From an uncultured Alphaproteobacteria bacterium (lineage in GTDB: Bacteria > Pseudomonadota > Alphaproteobacteria > HIMB59 > GCA-002718135), in the NCBI GenBank assembly GCA_902522865.1, contig CABYXC010000001.1, forward strand, positions 121,693-185,692: 64,000 nucleotides of DNA. Direction: 5' to 3'. Made by a program: the position numbers and the translations under genes. Every line of letters starts with the position of its first letter. The first letter of the stretch is position 1. Below, piece after piece: positions 27,650 to 36,597 of the stretch. The notes beneath the pieces were generated by a model. That model ran no database searches. It worked only from the letters and a program-made list of their open reading frames with translations, and was not told the origin of the DNA.

Positions 27650-28492
27650 ATGAAAATTAATAAACCAGCGCTTACCTTTTCTAACTCCGAAGTTAGTCCT
27701 GTTGGAAAGATTATTATTCAATTAACCGAATTGGGAACGGGTAAAATTAAGTTACGTAAGTTGTATGAGGATTATTTAAGAGAAAATTTACCTCCAGAGA
27801 ATTTTTGGCATGATGCAATTGAAAGATTAGATCTCCGTGTTCAGGCCCATTATCATTCTAAAAATAATATTCCTGAAAATGGTAGGCTTGTAGTAATCGC
27901 TAACCATGCATTTGGTATAGCTGACGGGCTTACAATATGCTCTTTAATTAGTAAAATCAGACAAGATTACAAAATTATTACGCATAAAGTTTTACAAGGA
28001 GCAGATCTTATTAAGGACAAAATTATTCCTCTTGATTTTTCTAAAAACAAAAATGCTTTAATAAATAATATCGCTGCACGTAAAGAAAGTGAAGAACACT
28101 TAAGAAATAATGGGGTACTTATTATTTTTCCATCAGGATCAGTTTCAACAAAACCAAAATTAAAAAAAGGAATCAAAGCAATAGATGGTGATTGGAAACA
28201 ATTTACTTCTAAAATAATAATGAAAAATCAATCACCTGTTCTCCCCATTTTTTTTGAAGGACAAAATAGCGAACTTTTTCATGTTGCTGATAAAATTGGG
28301 CAAGTTTTTCGATATTCTTTAATGATATATGAACTTAAAAGAAGAATGGGAAAAAAAATTGATGTTCATATTGGACAAAGAATACCTTTTGAAACCATAA
28401 AAGAAATTGGCAATCTTATTGAGATTACAAAATTTTTAAGAGATAGCACTTATAGTTTAGATCCTAGTAATAAAAACTCAATATTAAATTAA
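27650..28492 (+). CDS. PlsC-related lysolipid acyltransferase (hemolysin-annotated family)
   Basis: 280 aa. VIANHAFGIADG block (NHxxGxxDG variant of the HX4D acyltransferase motif) and a later FPSGSVS block. Confidence 0.55.
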   Translation: MKINKPALTFSNSEVSPVGKIIIQLTELGTGKIKLRKLYEDYLRENLPPENFWHDAIERLDLRVQAHYHSKNNIPENGRLVVIANHAFGIADGLTICSLISKIRQDYKIITHKVLQGADLIKDKIIPLDFSKNKNALINNIAARKESEEHLRNNGVLIIFPSGSVSTKPKLKKGIKAIDGDWKQFTSKIIMKNQSPVLPIFFEGQNSELFHVADKIGQVFRYSLMIYELKRRMGKKIDVHIGQRIPFETIKEIGNLIEITKFLRDSTYSLDPSNKNSILN

Positions 28493-28599
28493 TACGTCTG
28501 TAAAAAAACAATTTTCATTTCAATTTTTACCCCTTTTTTTTATCATGCCTTTAACAATTTTTTAATACTTCATATTTAATAATGATGAAGGAGATTTTT

Positions 28600-30012
28600 A
28601 TGAAAAATAATTTAATAATTACTTTTCTTATCTGTACTATTGTTTCTCTAACCAATGTTGTTTTAGCACATTCTTATGTGGTTTCTAATTCAAAGGATAG
28701 CGGTGATGGATCTATTAGAGCAGCTATAGAAAATGCCAATAAGTCGGCTGGTGCAAATGTAATTTACATAAAGAGTGGAAATAATATTAAAATTTTATCA
28801 TCTTTAAGTTATACTAGTACAGCACCATTATTTATTTATGGTCAGGGCCAAACAATTCACGCTATGGATGATTTTACAATTCTTGAATCAACAAATGGCG
28901 GTGATATGTCTATACACTCAATAAATTTCAGAGGTCCTGGAGGTTTTAATATTGAAAACCGTGCTGATTTAGATGGTGTAGGTGGTAAAGGAATTTTGTT
29001 AAATGTTAGAGACAATCAATATGGAATGGTTAAATTAGTTCTTAACGATGTAAAGGTTTCTGATGTTGCTAACCACGGGATTCATGTATCCGATTGCGAT
29101 GTTGGTGCAACGTGTGGTGCAGGCGGGGGAGGAGCAGGCGGCGGTTCGCCAGCTTCTATTTCTGTTTCCTTAAATAATGTAGTTGTTGACAATGTTGGTC
29201 AAGGAATGTTTGATGCCGACGGTCTGCGTGTAGATGAAAGAGACGATGGAGATCTAATTGCTTCTATTTTAAACTCTTCGTTTACGAGAGTCGGTGCAGA
29301 TGGAGTAGAGCTTGATGAAGGTCAAGCTGGCTCAGTTATTGCACAGATTGAAAATACATCATTTAATAACAATGGTTATTATTGCCACCCAGATATTTTG
29401 GAAGCCTATCTCCCTGAAGAAGACGAAGGTGAATTTGAAGATGGTCAGATGACTGAATCAGCTGTACCACCTGCTATTACTGGATCTCCAGATGATGGCT
29501 GTTTTGAAAGAGAAGTAAGTCTTTATGACAGTGGTTTTGTTGAAGAATATGAATTTGGTATTGATGTTGACGATGGATTTGATGTGGATGAAGCAGGTCC
29601 TGGAGATATCTACGCTGAAGTAACTCGATCAACAATTATTGGTAACTGGGATGAAGGTCTTGACTTTGATGAGGAACAAGAAGGATCAATTAACATGACA
29701 ATCATTGATACAATTGCACTAAGCAATACAGATGATGGATATAAACATTCTGAAGAAGGTCCAGGAAATGTAAGTGCTTTTGTTATCAATTCATCATCTG
29801 AAGACAATGGTGGAAAAGGTTTTGTTTTCGAAGAAGAAGAAGCAGGCAATGTTATGATCATGGCACAAGATGTTACCACATCAAATAATGATGATAGTGA
29901 TGGAACTGGAATGGAACTTGTCCAAGAAGATTCAGGTTATGGTATTGTCAGATCTATTTCTTCAAGTATCACAGACGGATTTGATATAGAAGGTGTTGAG
30001 TCGATTAATTAA
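28600..30012 (+). CDS. secreted, highly acidic parallel-beta-helix-like repeat protein, unknown function
   Basis: Track ORF starts at 28582, but AAGGAG lies 6 nt before the ATG at 28600. Signal peptide MKNNLIITFLICTIVSLTNVVLA. About 7 coils with a D-G-x-x-x-D-E-x-x-x-G pattern. Poly-Gly tract GAGGGGAGGGS. Confidence 0.5.
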   Translation: MKNNLIITFLICTIVSLTNVVLAHSYVVSNSKDSGDGSIRAAIENANKSAGANVIYIKSGNNIKILSSLSYTSTAPLFIYGQGQTIHAMDDFTILESTNGGDMSIHSINFRGPGGFNIENRADLDGVGGKGILLNVRDNQYGMVKLVLNDVKVSDVANHGIHVSDCDVGATCGAGGGGAGGGSPASISVSLNNVVVDNVGQGMFDADGLRVDERDDGDLIASILNSSFTRVGADGVELDEGQAGSVIAQIENTSFNNNGYYCHPDILEAYLPEEDEGEFEDGQMTESAVPPAITGSPDDGCFEREVSLYDSGFVEEYEFGIDVDDGFDVDEAGPGDIYAEVTRSTIIGNWDEGLDFDEEQEGSINMTIIDTIALSNTDDGYKHSEEGPGNVSAFVINSSSEDNGGKGFVFEEEEAGNVMIMAQDVTTSNNDDSDGTGMELVQEDSGYGIVRSISSSITDGFDIEGVESIN

Positions 30013-30023
30013 AAGCTAAATTC

Positions 30024-30056
30024 TTGAAGCTGGATATATTCCAGCTTCAAATTTTT
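30024..30056 (+). terminator. rho-independent terminator
   Basis: 11-bp perfect stem TTGAAGCTGGA/TCCAGCTTCAA with a 5-nt loop, followed by ATTTTT. Confidence 0.75.
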
Positions 30057-30095
30057 AAATTAGACTTAGCTCTAGATTTGTGTTTTGCTGAGTCC
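30046..30095 (-). repeat. remnant copy of the ppk 3' end (last ~15 codons plus stop)
   Basis: 46/50 nt identical to 32369-32418. On the minus strand it translates as ..SAKHKSRAKSNLKI*, versus ..SAKLKSRAKSNLKI* in the real ppk. Confidence 0.85.
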
Positions 30096-30225
30096 TTAAA
30101 TTTTATATTCTTGCGCTGTCAGTGAATCAATTATTAAGCGCTTTATCATTTTTCTTTTTTATTTTAGGTTTATTTTTAATCTTTTTATTCAAACGGTAAT
30201 ATTAATTTTTTATGAATTTTCTTTG

Positions 30226-30242
30226 GAATTTCCTAGAAATTC
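30226..30242. promoter_or_regulatory. perfect 7-3-7 palindrome GAATTTC-CTA-GAAATTC
   Basis: Read directly, about 100 nt upstream of the island plcP copy. A third GAATTTTC copy lies 10 nt further upstream. Confidence 0.25.
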
Positions 30243-30299
30243 ACAAATAATAGGATTGAGCCTAATAACAGAAAAACCGTTACATATTAGTTAATGTAA

Positions 30300-30317
30300 T
30301 TGAAATAAAATTTTAAC
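30300..30317 (+). promoter_or_regulatory. candidate Pho-box-like site TTGAAAT-AAAA-TTTTAAC
   Basis: 7-4-7 repeat 28 nt upstream of the ATG at 30345. It shares the 12-mer ATTGAAATAAAA with the site at 13633-13661. Confidence 0.3.
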
Positions 30318-30344
30318 AAATTTTTATTATTTTTTTATATTAAA

Positions 30345-31151
30345 ATGAAAGATCAGCAATCAGTTTCATATTATAGAACTATATGGATATCTGATCTTCA
30401 TCTTGGAACAGAAAATAGCAAGAGTGAAATGCTTCTTGAATTTTTGAGATCAACAGATTCAAAATATTTATTTTTAGTTGGCGATATTATTGATGCATGG
30501 AGAATGAAAAAAAAAATTTATTGGCATCAAACTCATAATGACATTATCCAGAAGATTTTGCGTAAAGCAAGAAAAGGTACAAAAGTTATATTTATCCCAG
30601 GTAATCATGACGAACTTGTAAAAAGTTACACAAGTTTTTCACTAGGGAATATATCAATAAAAAATAAGTTTACACACAAACTAGCTGATGGAAGAAATGC
30701 CCTTGTTTTACATGGTGATGAATTTGATGCAGTTATAATAAATGCTAAATGGCTGGCAAGTATTGGGTCATCCCTATACGAATTTATATTAAAGTTGAAT
30801 AACTATCTAAATTTTGTCAGAAGAAAACTAGGTCTGTCTTATTGGTCATTATCTCAATTTCTCAAACATCAAACAAAAAGAGCCACGAATTTTATTTCTA
30901 ACTTTGAGTTTGCCGTATCTGATAGCGCTAAAAGAGCAAATGCCGATGTTGTTGTGTGCGGCCATATTCATAAGCCCGTTATAAAAAAATTAAACGGAGT
31001 GTTATATTGCAATGATGGTGATTGGGTTGAGAGTTGTTCTGCGCTAGTGGAAAATAAAGAGGGACAATTATCCCTTATTGACTGGTCAATTGAAAGAGAA
31101 AAAATTTTTCAACATAAACATAACAAACTAGCAGAAAGTGTATCAGTGTGA
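30345..31151 (+). CDS. plcP: LpxH-like metallophosphoesterase, PlcP-type phospholipase C candidate (island copy)
   Basis: 268 aa. WISDLHLG, GDIIDAW, GNHD, HGDEFD, GHIH motifs. Roughly 70% identical by eye to the 37589-38401 product. 4-nt overlap with the glycosyltransferase gene. Confidence 0.7.
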   Translation: MKDQQSVSYYRTIWISDLHLGTENSKSEMLLEFLRSTDSKYLFLVGDIIDAWRMKKKIYWHQTHNDIIQKILRKARKGTKVIFIPGNHDELVKSYTSFSLGNISIKNKFTHKLADGRNALVLHGDEFDAVIINAKWLASIGSSLYEFILKLNNYLNFVRRKLGLSYWSLSQFLKHQTKRATNFISNFEFAVSDSAKRANADVVVCGHIHKPVIKKLNGVLYCNDGDWVESCSALVENKEGQLSLIDWSIEREKIFQHKHNKLAESVSV

Positions 31152-32143
31152 AAAAATTAGCGATCATTACCGATGCTTGGCTTCCTCAAGTTAATGGTGT
31201 TGTAAATACATACCTACATATTAATCCATTTTTAAAACAAAAGTATCAAATTGAAGTACTCCACCCAATGATGTTTACTAATTTTAGTTATCCTTGGTAT
31301 AAGGAAATAAAAATAGCAATTAATACAAAAAAAATAACAGAAAAATTTTTTGGTGATTATGATCCTGATGTTATACATATTGCCACTGAAGGGCCAGTTG
31401 GAATTGCGGGGAAAAAATTCTGTGAGAAAAATAGGTTGAGATATACAACTTCTTTTCATACGAGATTTCCAGAATACATAGAGCAGAGAATAATGATACC
31501 AAAAATAATTGGGTACTCTTTTTTAAAAAATTTTCATAAAAATGCATGTAATGTATTGGTCCCAACAGTATCTATGCGAAACGAATTAACTAAATATCAA
31601 TTTCAAAATCTTAAAATTTGGTCAAGGGGAGTTAATACTGAATTATTTAATCCTTTAAAAAGAAGAAAAGGACTGAAAAAGTATATTGTTTACATTGGTA
31701 GAGTTTCATTAGAAAAAAACATCGAAGCGTTTTTAGAAATAAGAACTAAGATGGATAAAATTGTTGTTGGAGATGGTCCAGAAAAACAACGACTACAAAA
31801 TAAATATCCATATGTATCTTTCGTTGGGATGAAAAAAGGTCAAGACTTAGCAAATTATTATGCAAATGCTGAAGCGTTGGTATTCCCATCCAAAACAGAT
31901 ACATTTGGAAATGTAATTTTAGAGTCTTTAGCCTCTGGAACACCAGTGGCTGCTTACCCAGTAACAGGTCCTAAAGATATTTTAAAAAACTCATTAATTG
32001 ACAGTCTTGATAACGATATTGAAAACTCACTTAAAAAAGCCTTAAAGATTGATAGAAATGATTGTAGAAAATTTGCAATGCAATTTACTTGGGATAGATG
32101 TGCAAATCAATTTCTATCTAATATTGTAAATGCAAAAAATTAA
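31148..32143 (+). CDS. agt: GT4-family glycosyltransferase, Agt-type glycolipid synthase candidate (island copy)
   Basis: 331 aa. C-terminal FPSKTDTFGNVILESLASGTPV (E-x7-E-type GT4 block). Paralog of 36598-37599. Confidence 0.7.
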   Translation: MKKLAIITDAWLPQVNGVVNTYLHINPFLKQKYQIEVLHPMMFTNFSYPWYKEIKIAINTKKITEKFFGDYDPDVIHIATEGPVGIAGKKFCEKNRLRYTTSFHTRFPEYIEQRIMIPKIIGYSFLKNFHKNACNVLVPTVSMRNELTKYQFQNLKIWSRGVNTELFNPLKRRKGLKKYIVYIGRVSLEKNIEAFLEIRTKMDKIVVGDGPEKQRLQNKYPYVSFVGMKKGQDLANYYANAEALVFPSKTDTFGNVILESLASGTPVAAYPVTGPKDILKNSLIDSLDNDIENSLKKALKIDRNDCRKFAMQFTWDRCANQFLSNIVNAKN

Positions 32144-32164
32144 TTTTAAAATTATAGTTACTAA

Positions 32165-32371
32165 GAAGTAAAAGATTCAATTTTTAACAAATTGAAAGAA
32201 CTAAAAAATTTATTTGAGATTAATGAAATTTAAAAATTAGTTTAATTTATAAAAATTTAATATTCTATTAACACGGCTGTAAAAAATAAAATTTAAATAC
32301 TTTTTACCACTCACAGTATATTTCTTCCTGCTTATGTCCAATTAATGTGAGTGGGATTAAATTCTATTTTC
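32165..32371 (+). repeat. direct repeat copy 2 (arsC 3' remnant 32165-32232 plus spacer with hairpin 32307-32354)
   Basis: Aligns with 27379-27586. The remnant would encode EVKDSIFNKLKELKNLFE.., versus arsC EVRDSIFDKLKELKNLFEN*. Confidence 0.85.
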
Positions 32372-34469
32372 AAATTTTTAAATTAGACTTAGCTCTAGAT
32401 TTAAGTTTTGCTGAACCCCTCCCAGACAAGCTTGGATTTTTGATAAAAAAATTGTGAGAGGAAAACTTTTTCTCTTTGCTTGATATTTCTTTTTTCTGAT
32501 AATTGCCATTACTTAACATTTGCCAAGAATTTGTATTATCTGTCATACTGGCAATTAAGATCTGATTTAATATTTGTTCATGTACAGTTTCATTTTCAAT
32601 AGGAATAAATGTTTCAACACGCCTATCTAGATTTCTTTGCATTAAATCGGCAGAAGAAATAAACAAGATATTTTTTCTATGAGGGAATTTATGACCGTTA
32701 TAAAAACAATATATTCTCGTATGTTCTAAAAAACGACCAATTATACTTTTAACAACTATATTTTCCGATAGATTTTCTTTACCAGGTATTAGAGAGCAAA
32801 TTCCTCTTATCAACAATTCAATTTTTACATTTTTTTGAGATGCTTTATAAAATTCATCAATAATTTGTTTATCAACAAGAGAATTACACTTACATACTAT
32901 TCCAGATGGTTTATTTTTTCCAGCATTTGTAATTTCATTTCTAATTAGTTCATTTAATTTGTTTCTTGCAGTTATTGGAGAATATACTATTTTTTTTATT
33001 GTTGTTGGTTCTGAATAACTAGTTAAATAATTAAACATTTTTGCAGCATCATTTGTTAATGTTTTGTCACAGGTGAAGTAAGATAAATCCATATAAACTT
33101 TTGCATTTCTCGGGTGATAATTACCTGTTCCATAATGTGCGTAATTTACAACAGAATTCATTTGCTTCCTTGTTACAAGTGTAATTTTTGCATGAGTTTT
33201 CATATCAATATTGCCAAAAACAACTTGCGCTCCAGCTAATTCTAATTCTTTTGCCCATTTTAAGTTACGCTCTTCATCAAAACGTGCTTGCAGCTCTATA
33301 ATGACAGTTACTAATTTCCCTTTTTGTGCTGCTCTAACTAAACTTGCTTCTATCGGCGAGTCATCAGTTGTTCGGTATAAAGTATGTTTTATTGATAAGA
33401 CTTTTGGATCATCTGCGGCTTGATCAATAAACTGAGTCACTACTTCAAAAGATTCAAATGGGTGATGAATAACAATATCTTTATTCGCTATTGCTTTAAA
33501 ATAATCATTTTTAAAATCTTTAATTCTTTCAGGAAATCGTACCTTAAATTTTGGAAAAAATAATTTTTTAAAATCTTTTAAAAAAATTGACTCTATACTA
33601 GAAAGATTAATGGGTATTGGAAGTTTATATGTATTTACATCCTTATAGTTAAGTTTTTTATTTATGAATTTAATTAAGTGACTAGATATGTTTTCATCAA
33701 AATCAATTCTTATTACCTCTTGTCTTCTTCTTTCAAAAATAGCTTTTTGAAATACTAAAAATAAATCTTCTCCTTCACCCCCTAATTCTAATTCACTATT
33801 CCTAATTGGTCTAAAAACACCTTTATCCAAAACTCTATCACACTGGAAAATTTCTTTTAAAGAAATAAGCAAGGCTGTCTCCATAGAGACAAAACGTATT
33901 TTTTTACCAGGTAATTTAATAAATTTTTCTAATCCCTCTGGCACTCTCAGTATTCCATAAAAAGTTTTTTTATTATTTATTAACCGACATACTAATGTTG
34001 TTTCTTTATTTGGTATAAAAGGAAATGGGTGAGATGGATCAATAATAATTGGCGTTAAAACCCCCCAATTATTTTCTTCTAAATAATTTTTTATAAATGT
34101 TTTATCTTTTGTTTTCAGTGTTTTTTCTACATCTATATGGATCTTATTTTCTGAAAGCTCTTTTAGTAAATCTATCCATATTGATTTTATATCTGAAATC
34201 ATCTTTGATGTTTCTTTATCTATCAGCTTGAGTTGCTGTTGTGGTGTTAATCCATCAAAACTTTTATTTCGTGAATATTTTTGAACATTTAATCCTGCCA
34301 CTCTAACCATAAAAAATTCATCAAGATTAGAGAATGCTATTGATAGAAACCTAACTCTTTCTAATAATGGCGTTTTATTATCAAGTGTCTGACTTAAGAC
34401 TCTTTCATTAAATTTAAGCCAAGATAATTCTCTATTAATATAGTTAAAAGAATTATTATTTTTAATCAT
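32370..34469 (-). CDS. ppk: polyphosphate kinase 1
   Basis: 699 aa. N-terminal NRELSWLKFNERVL block and overall PPK1 length and architecture. Confidence 0.9.
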   Translation of the reverse strand: MIKNNNSFNYINRELSWLKFNERVLSQTLDNKTPLLERVRFLSIAFSNLDEFFMVRVAGLNVQKYSRNKSFDGLTPQQQLKLIDKETSKMISDIKSIWIDLLKELSENKIHIDVEKTLKTKDKTFIKNYLEENNWGVLTPIIIDPSHPFPFIPNKETTLVCRLINNKKTFYGILRVPEGLEKFIKLPGKKIRFVSMETALLISLKEIFQCDRVLDKGVFRPIRNSELELGGEGEDLFLVFQKAIFERRRQEVIRIDFDENISSHLIKFINKKLNYKDVNTYKLPIPINLSSIESIFLKDFKKLFFPKFKVRFPERIKDFKNDYFKAIANKDIVIHHPFESFEVVTQFIDQAADDPKVLSIKHTLYRTTDDSPIEASLVRAAQKGKLVTVIIELQARFDEERNLKWAKELELAGAQVVFGNIDMKTHAKITLVTRKQMNSVVNYAHYGTGNYHPRNAKVYMDLSYFTCDKTLTNDAAKMFNYLTSYSEPTTIKKIVYSPITARNKLNELIRNEITNAGKNKPSGIVCKCNSLVDKQIIDEFYKASQKNVKIELLIRGICSLIPGKENLSENIVVKSIIGRFLEHTRIYCFYNGHKFPHRKNILFISSADLMQRNLDRRVETFIPIENETVHEQILNQILIASMTDNTNSWQMLSNGNYQKKEISSKEKKFSSHNFFIKNPSLSGRGSAKLKSRAKSNLKI

Positions 34470-34527
34470 AATTTTTGTTTATATTATTAATAAAAAAAAA
34501 ACACTTTCATAAAAAATACATATTTCT

Positions 34528-34986
34528 TTAATAATTCTTATTTTTTGGTTTTAAAATTTCACTTAATACCCAGCTATTTTTAAAGGATATTATGGCAAAA
34601 GCACAGGTTGGAAAATGTTCAATATTTGAATTACATAAAATATTAATTGACTCTATCAAACTAGGGTTGTGCCCAATGATAAGTGTGTTTTTTTTTAATT
34701 TTTTAATTTTTCTTATAAGTATATTTGGTGGACATTCATAAATATCGTTATCAATTATAAATTTTACTGAGCGATCAAACGAGTTAGAAATTATATCATA
34801 TGTGCTAGTTGTTCTTTTAGAAGGAGAACATATTATCTGACCAATTTGAAATTTTCTTTTATCTAATATTTTAGAAAATTGTTTTGCATTTCTCATACCT
34901 CTTTTATTGAGAGGTCTATCAATGTCATCAAGCTCTAAATTATCCCAACTAGATTTGGCATGACGTAATAAATAAACTTGTAGCAT
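34528..34986 (-). CDS. SixA-like histidine phosphatase family protein
   Basis: 152 aa. LLRHAKS (RHG-type) motif, RPLNKRG, GHNP. Confidence 0.7.
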   Translation of the reverse strand: MLQVYLLRHAKSSWDNLELDDIDRPLNKRGMRNAKQFSKILDKRKFQIGQIICSPSKRTTSTYDIISNSFDRSVKFIIDNDIYECPPNILIRKIKKLKKNTLIIGHNPSLIESINILCNSNIEHFPTCAFAIISFKNSWVLSEILKPKNKNY

Positions 34987-35018
34987 TCGAGTTTAATACT
35001 TTAGATGTATACATTTCC

Positions 35019-35924
35019 ATGGCTAAAATGAAAAACAAAAATCCCATAACAGTGATTGATCTAGGTTCTAATACATTTAGACTGGTTATATATGAGCAAG
35101 CTATTTATCCTTTTCCAATACTTTATCAAAAAAGAGAATTTTTAAAATTAGGTGAAAGTATTAACACAGGTAAACTCCCATCGATAAAAATTAAAGAAGC
35201 TATAAAATGCCTAGAAGAATATATTAAGATTGCAAAAGATTATGAGTCCTTAGATATTCATATTATTGCAACAGCAGCAATTCGTGAAACGATAAATGGA
35301 AAAGAAATTATTGAGCCTTTCAAGAAAAAAAAATCAGTAAGAGTAGAAGTACTCTCACCAAAAAATGAGGCTAAATTTGGATCCCTAGGTGTAATTAGTT
35401 CAATAAAAAATCCAGTCGGTTTAGTTGCTGACTTGGGAGGTGGAAGTTTAGAACTTAGTTCAATAAAAAATAAGATCATACTTGAGACTAAAAGTTTAAA
35501 AATTGGCATCTTAAGAAGTGAATCTGATATGTACAAAACTACTAAAATTAAATTTGATAATTTTTTATTTTCAAAATTTAAAGACCAATCTCTTAAATTT
35601 GCTAAAAACGTAGGAAATATTTATGTTATTGGAGGCATGTGGCGCAATCTTGCAAAACTACATTTACATCTAAATGGCATCAAGAAAAATAAACTACATG
35701 GCTACCTGATACCATTTTCAGAGTTAGAAATATTTTACCACAAATTATACTCTATGGATAAAAAACAAATTAAAAAATTGAATGTTGTTCAACCCAATCG
35801 ATTAGATAAACTAAAATTATCTACATATATTTTATTTAGCCTTGCTTCATTTTATAATATTAAAAATATTGTTTTTGTAAGATATGGAATTCGTGAAGGT
35901 TATTTACATGATATGTTTAATTAA
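35019..35924 (+). CDS. ppx: Ppx/GppA-family phosphatase, short form (N-terminal ASKHA domains only)
   Basis: 301 aa. VIDLGSNTFRLVIY and DLGGGSLEL actin-like ATPase motifs. No C-terminal HD-like domains. Confidence 0.8.
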   Translation: MAKMKNKNPITVIDLGSNTFRLVIYEQAIYPFPILYQKREFLKLGESINTGKLPSIKIKEAIKCLEEYIKIAKDYESLDIHIIATAAIRETINGKEIIEPFKKKKSVRVEVLSPKNEAKFGSLGVISSIKNPVGLVADLGGGSLELSSIKNKIILETKSLKIGILRSESDMYKTTKIKFDNFLFSKFKDQSLKFAKNVGNIYVIGGMWRNLAKLHLHLNGIKKNKLHGYLIPFSELEIFYHKLYSMDKKQIKKLNVVQPNRLDKLKLSTYILFSLASFYNIKNIVFVRYGIREGYLHDMFN

Positions 35925-36577
35925 TTTTTAAAAAATAATCTAACAATAACTGTAGCAATAAGAGCACCAATAATCTGAGCTAAAATAAAACCTAAAACAC
36001 TTGATGGACTTATTCCACTAAAACTATCTGTAAACATTCTTCCTATGGTTACTGCTGGATTTGCAAAACTTGTTGATGATGTAAACCAATATCCTGCAGT
36101 AATAAATAGAGCGACACCAATAGCTATTTTTTCCTTGTTTACCTCTTTTAATATAAAAATAGTTAATAATAATCCAACAGTTGCAATTATTTCTGAAAAG
36201 AATTTAAATACTCCAACTCTTTCATTGAGTGACCATTCAATTATGGGATATTCAAAATACCAATTTGCAGTTAAACAACCAAATATACCAGCAATAATCT
36301 GAGTAAAAATAAAAATTATTCCATAATTAATAGGAATATTTTTTTGAATAATATCACTTAATACAACAGCAGGATTAAAGTATGCCCCTGAGATATTAAT
36401 AAACATAGAAATAATTACATATAAAATGGCACCTGTTGCGATTGTGTTTCCTAGTAATATTATACCAAGGTCATTTGACATTAACTCTCCCATAATTCCA
36501 CTACCCACAATTGTTAGTACAAGAAAATATGTCCCAATAAATTCTGCTAGTATTTTTTGTCTTAAAGAAAATGTCAC
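35921..36577 (-). CDS. MIP-family channel (aquaporin/aquaglyceroporin)
   Basis: 218 aa with two NPA boxes (FNPAVV, ANPAVT). Confidence 0.85.
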   Translation of the reverse strand: MTFSLRQKILAEFIGTYFLVLTIVGSGIMGELMSNDLGIILLGNTIATGAILYVIISMFINISGAYFNPAVVLSDIIQKNIPINYGIIFIFTQIIAGIFGCLTANWYFEYPIIEWSLNERVGVFKFFSEIIATVGLLLTIFILKEVNKEKIAIGVALFITAGYWFTSSTSFANPAVTIGRMFTDSFSGISPSSVLGFILAQIIGALIATVIVRLFFKN

Positions 36578-36597
36578 TATAAAATTACCCTAAATAA

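Noticed and set aside
29089-29165. Local GC-rich patch (ggtgcaggcgggggaggagcaggcggcggt) that stands out from the AT-rich background and could be mistaken for an RNA gene or repeat
   Set aside because: It lies in frame within the beta-helix protein ORF and encodes the poly-Gly tract GAGGGGAGGGS.
27379-32371. Direct repeats considered as att sites of an integrative element, or as a CRISPR-like or IS structure
   Set aside because: No integrase, transposase, tRNA target, terminal inverted repeats or regularly spaced short repeats are present. The repeats are ~200 bp copies of chromosomal gene ends, which is better explained by homologous recombination (reported as a finding instead).
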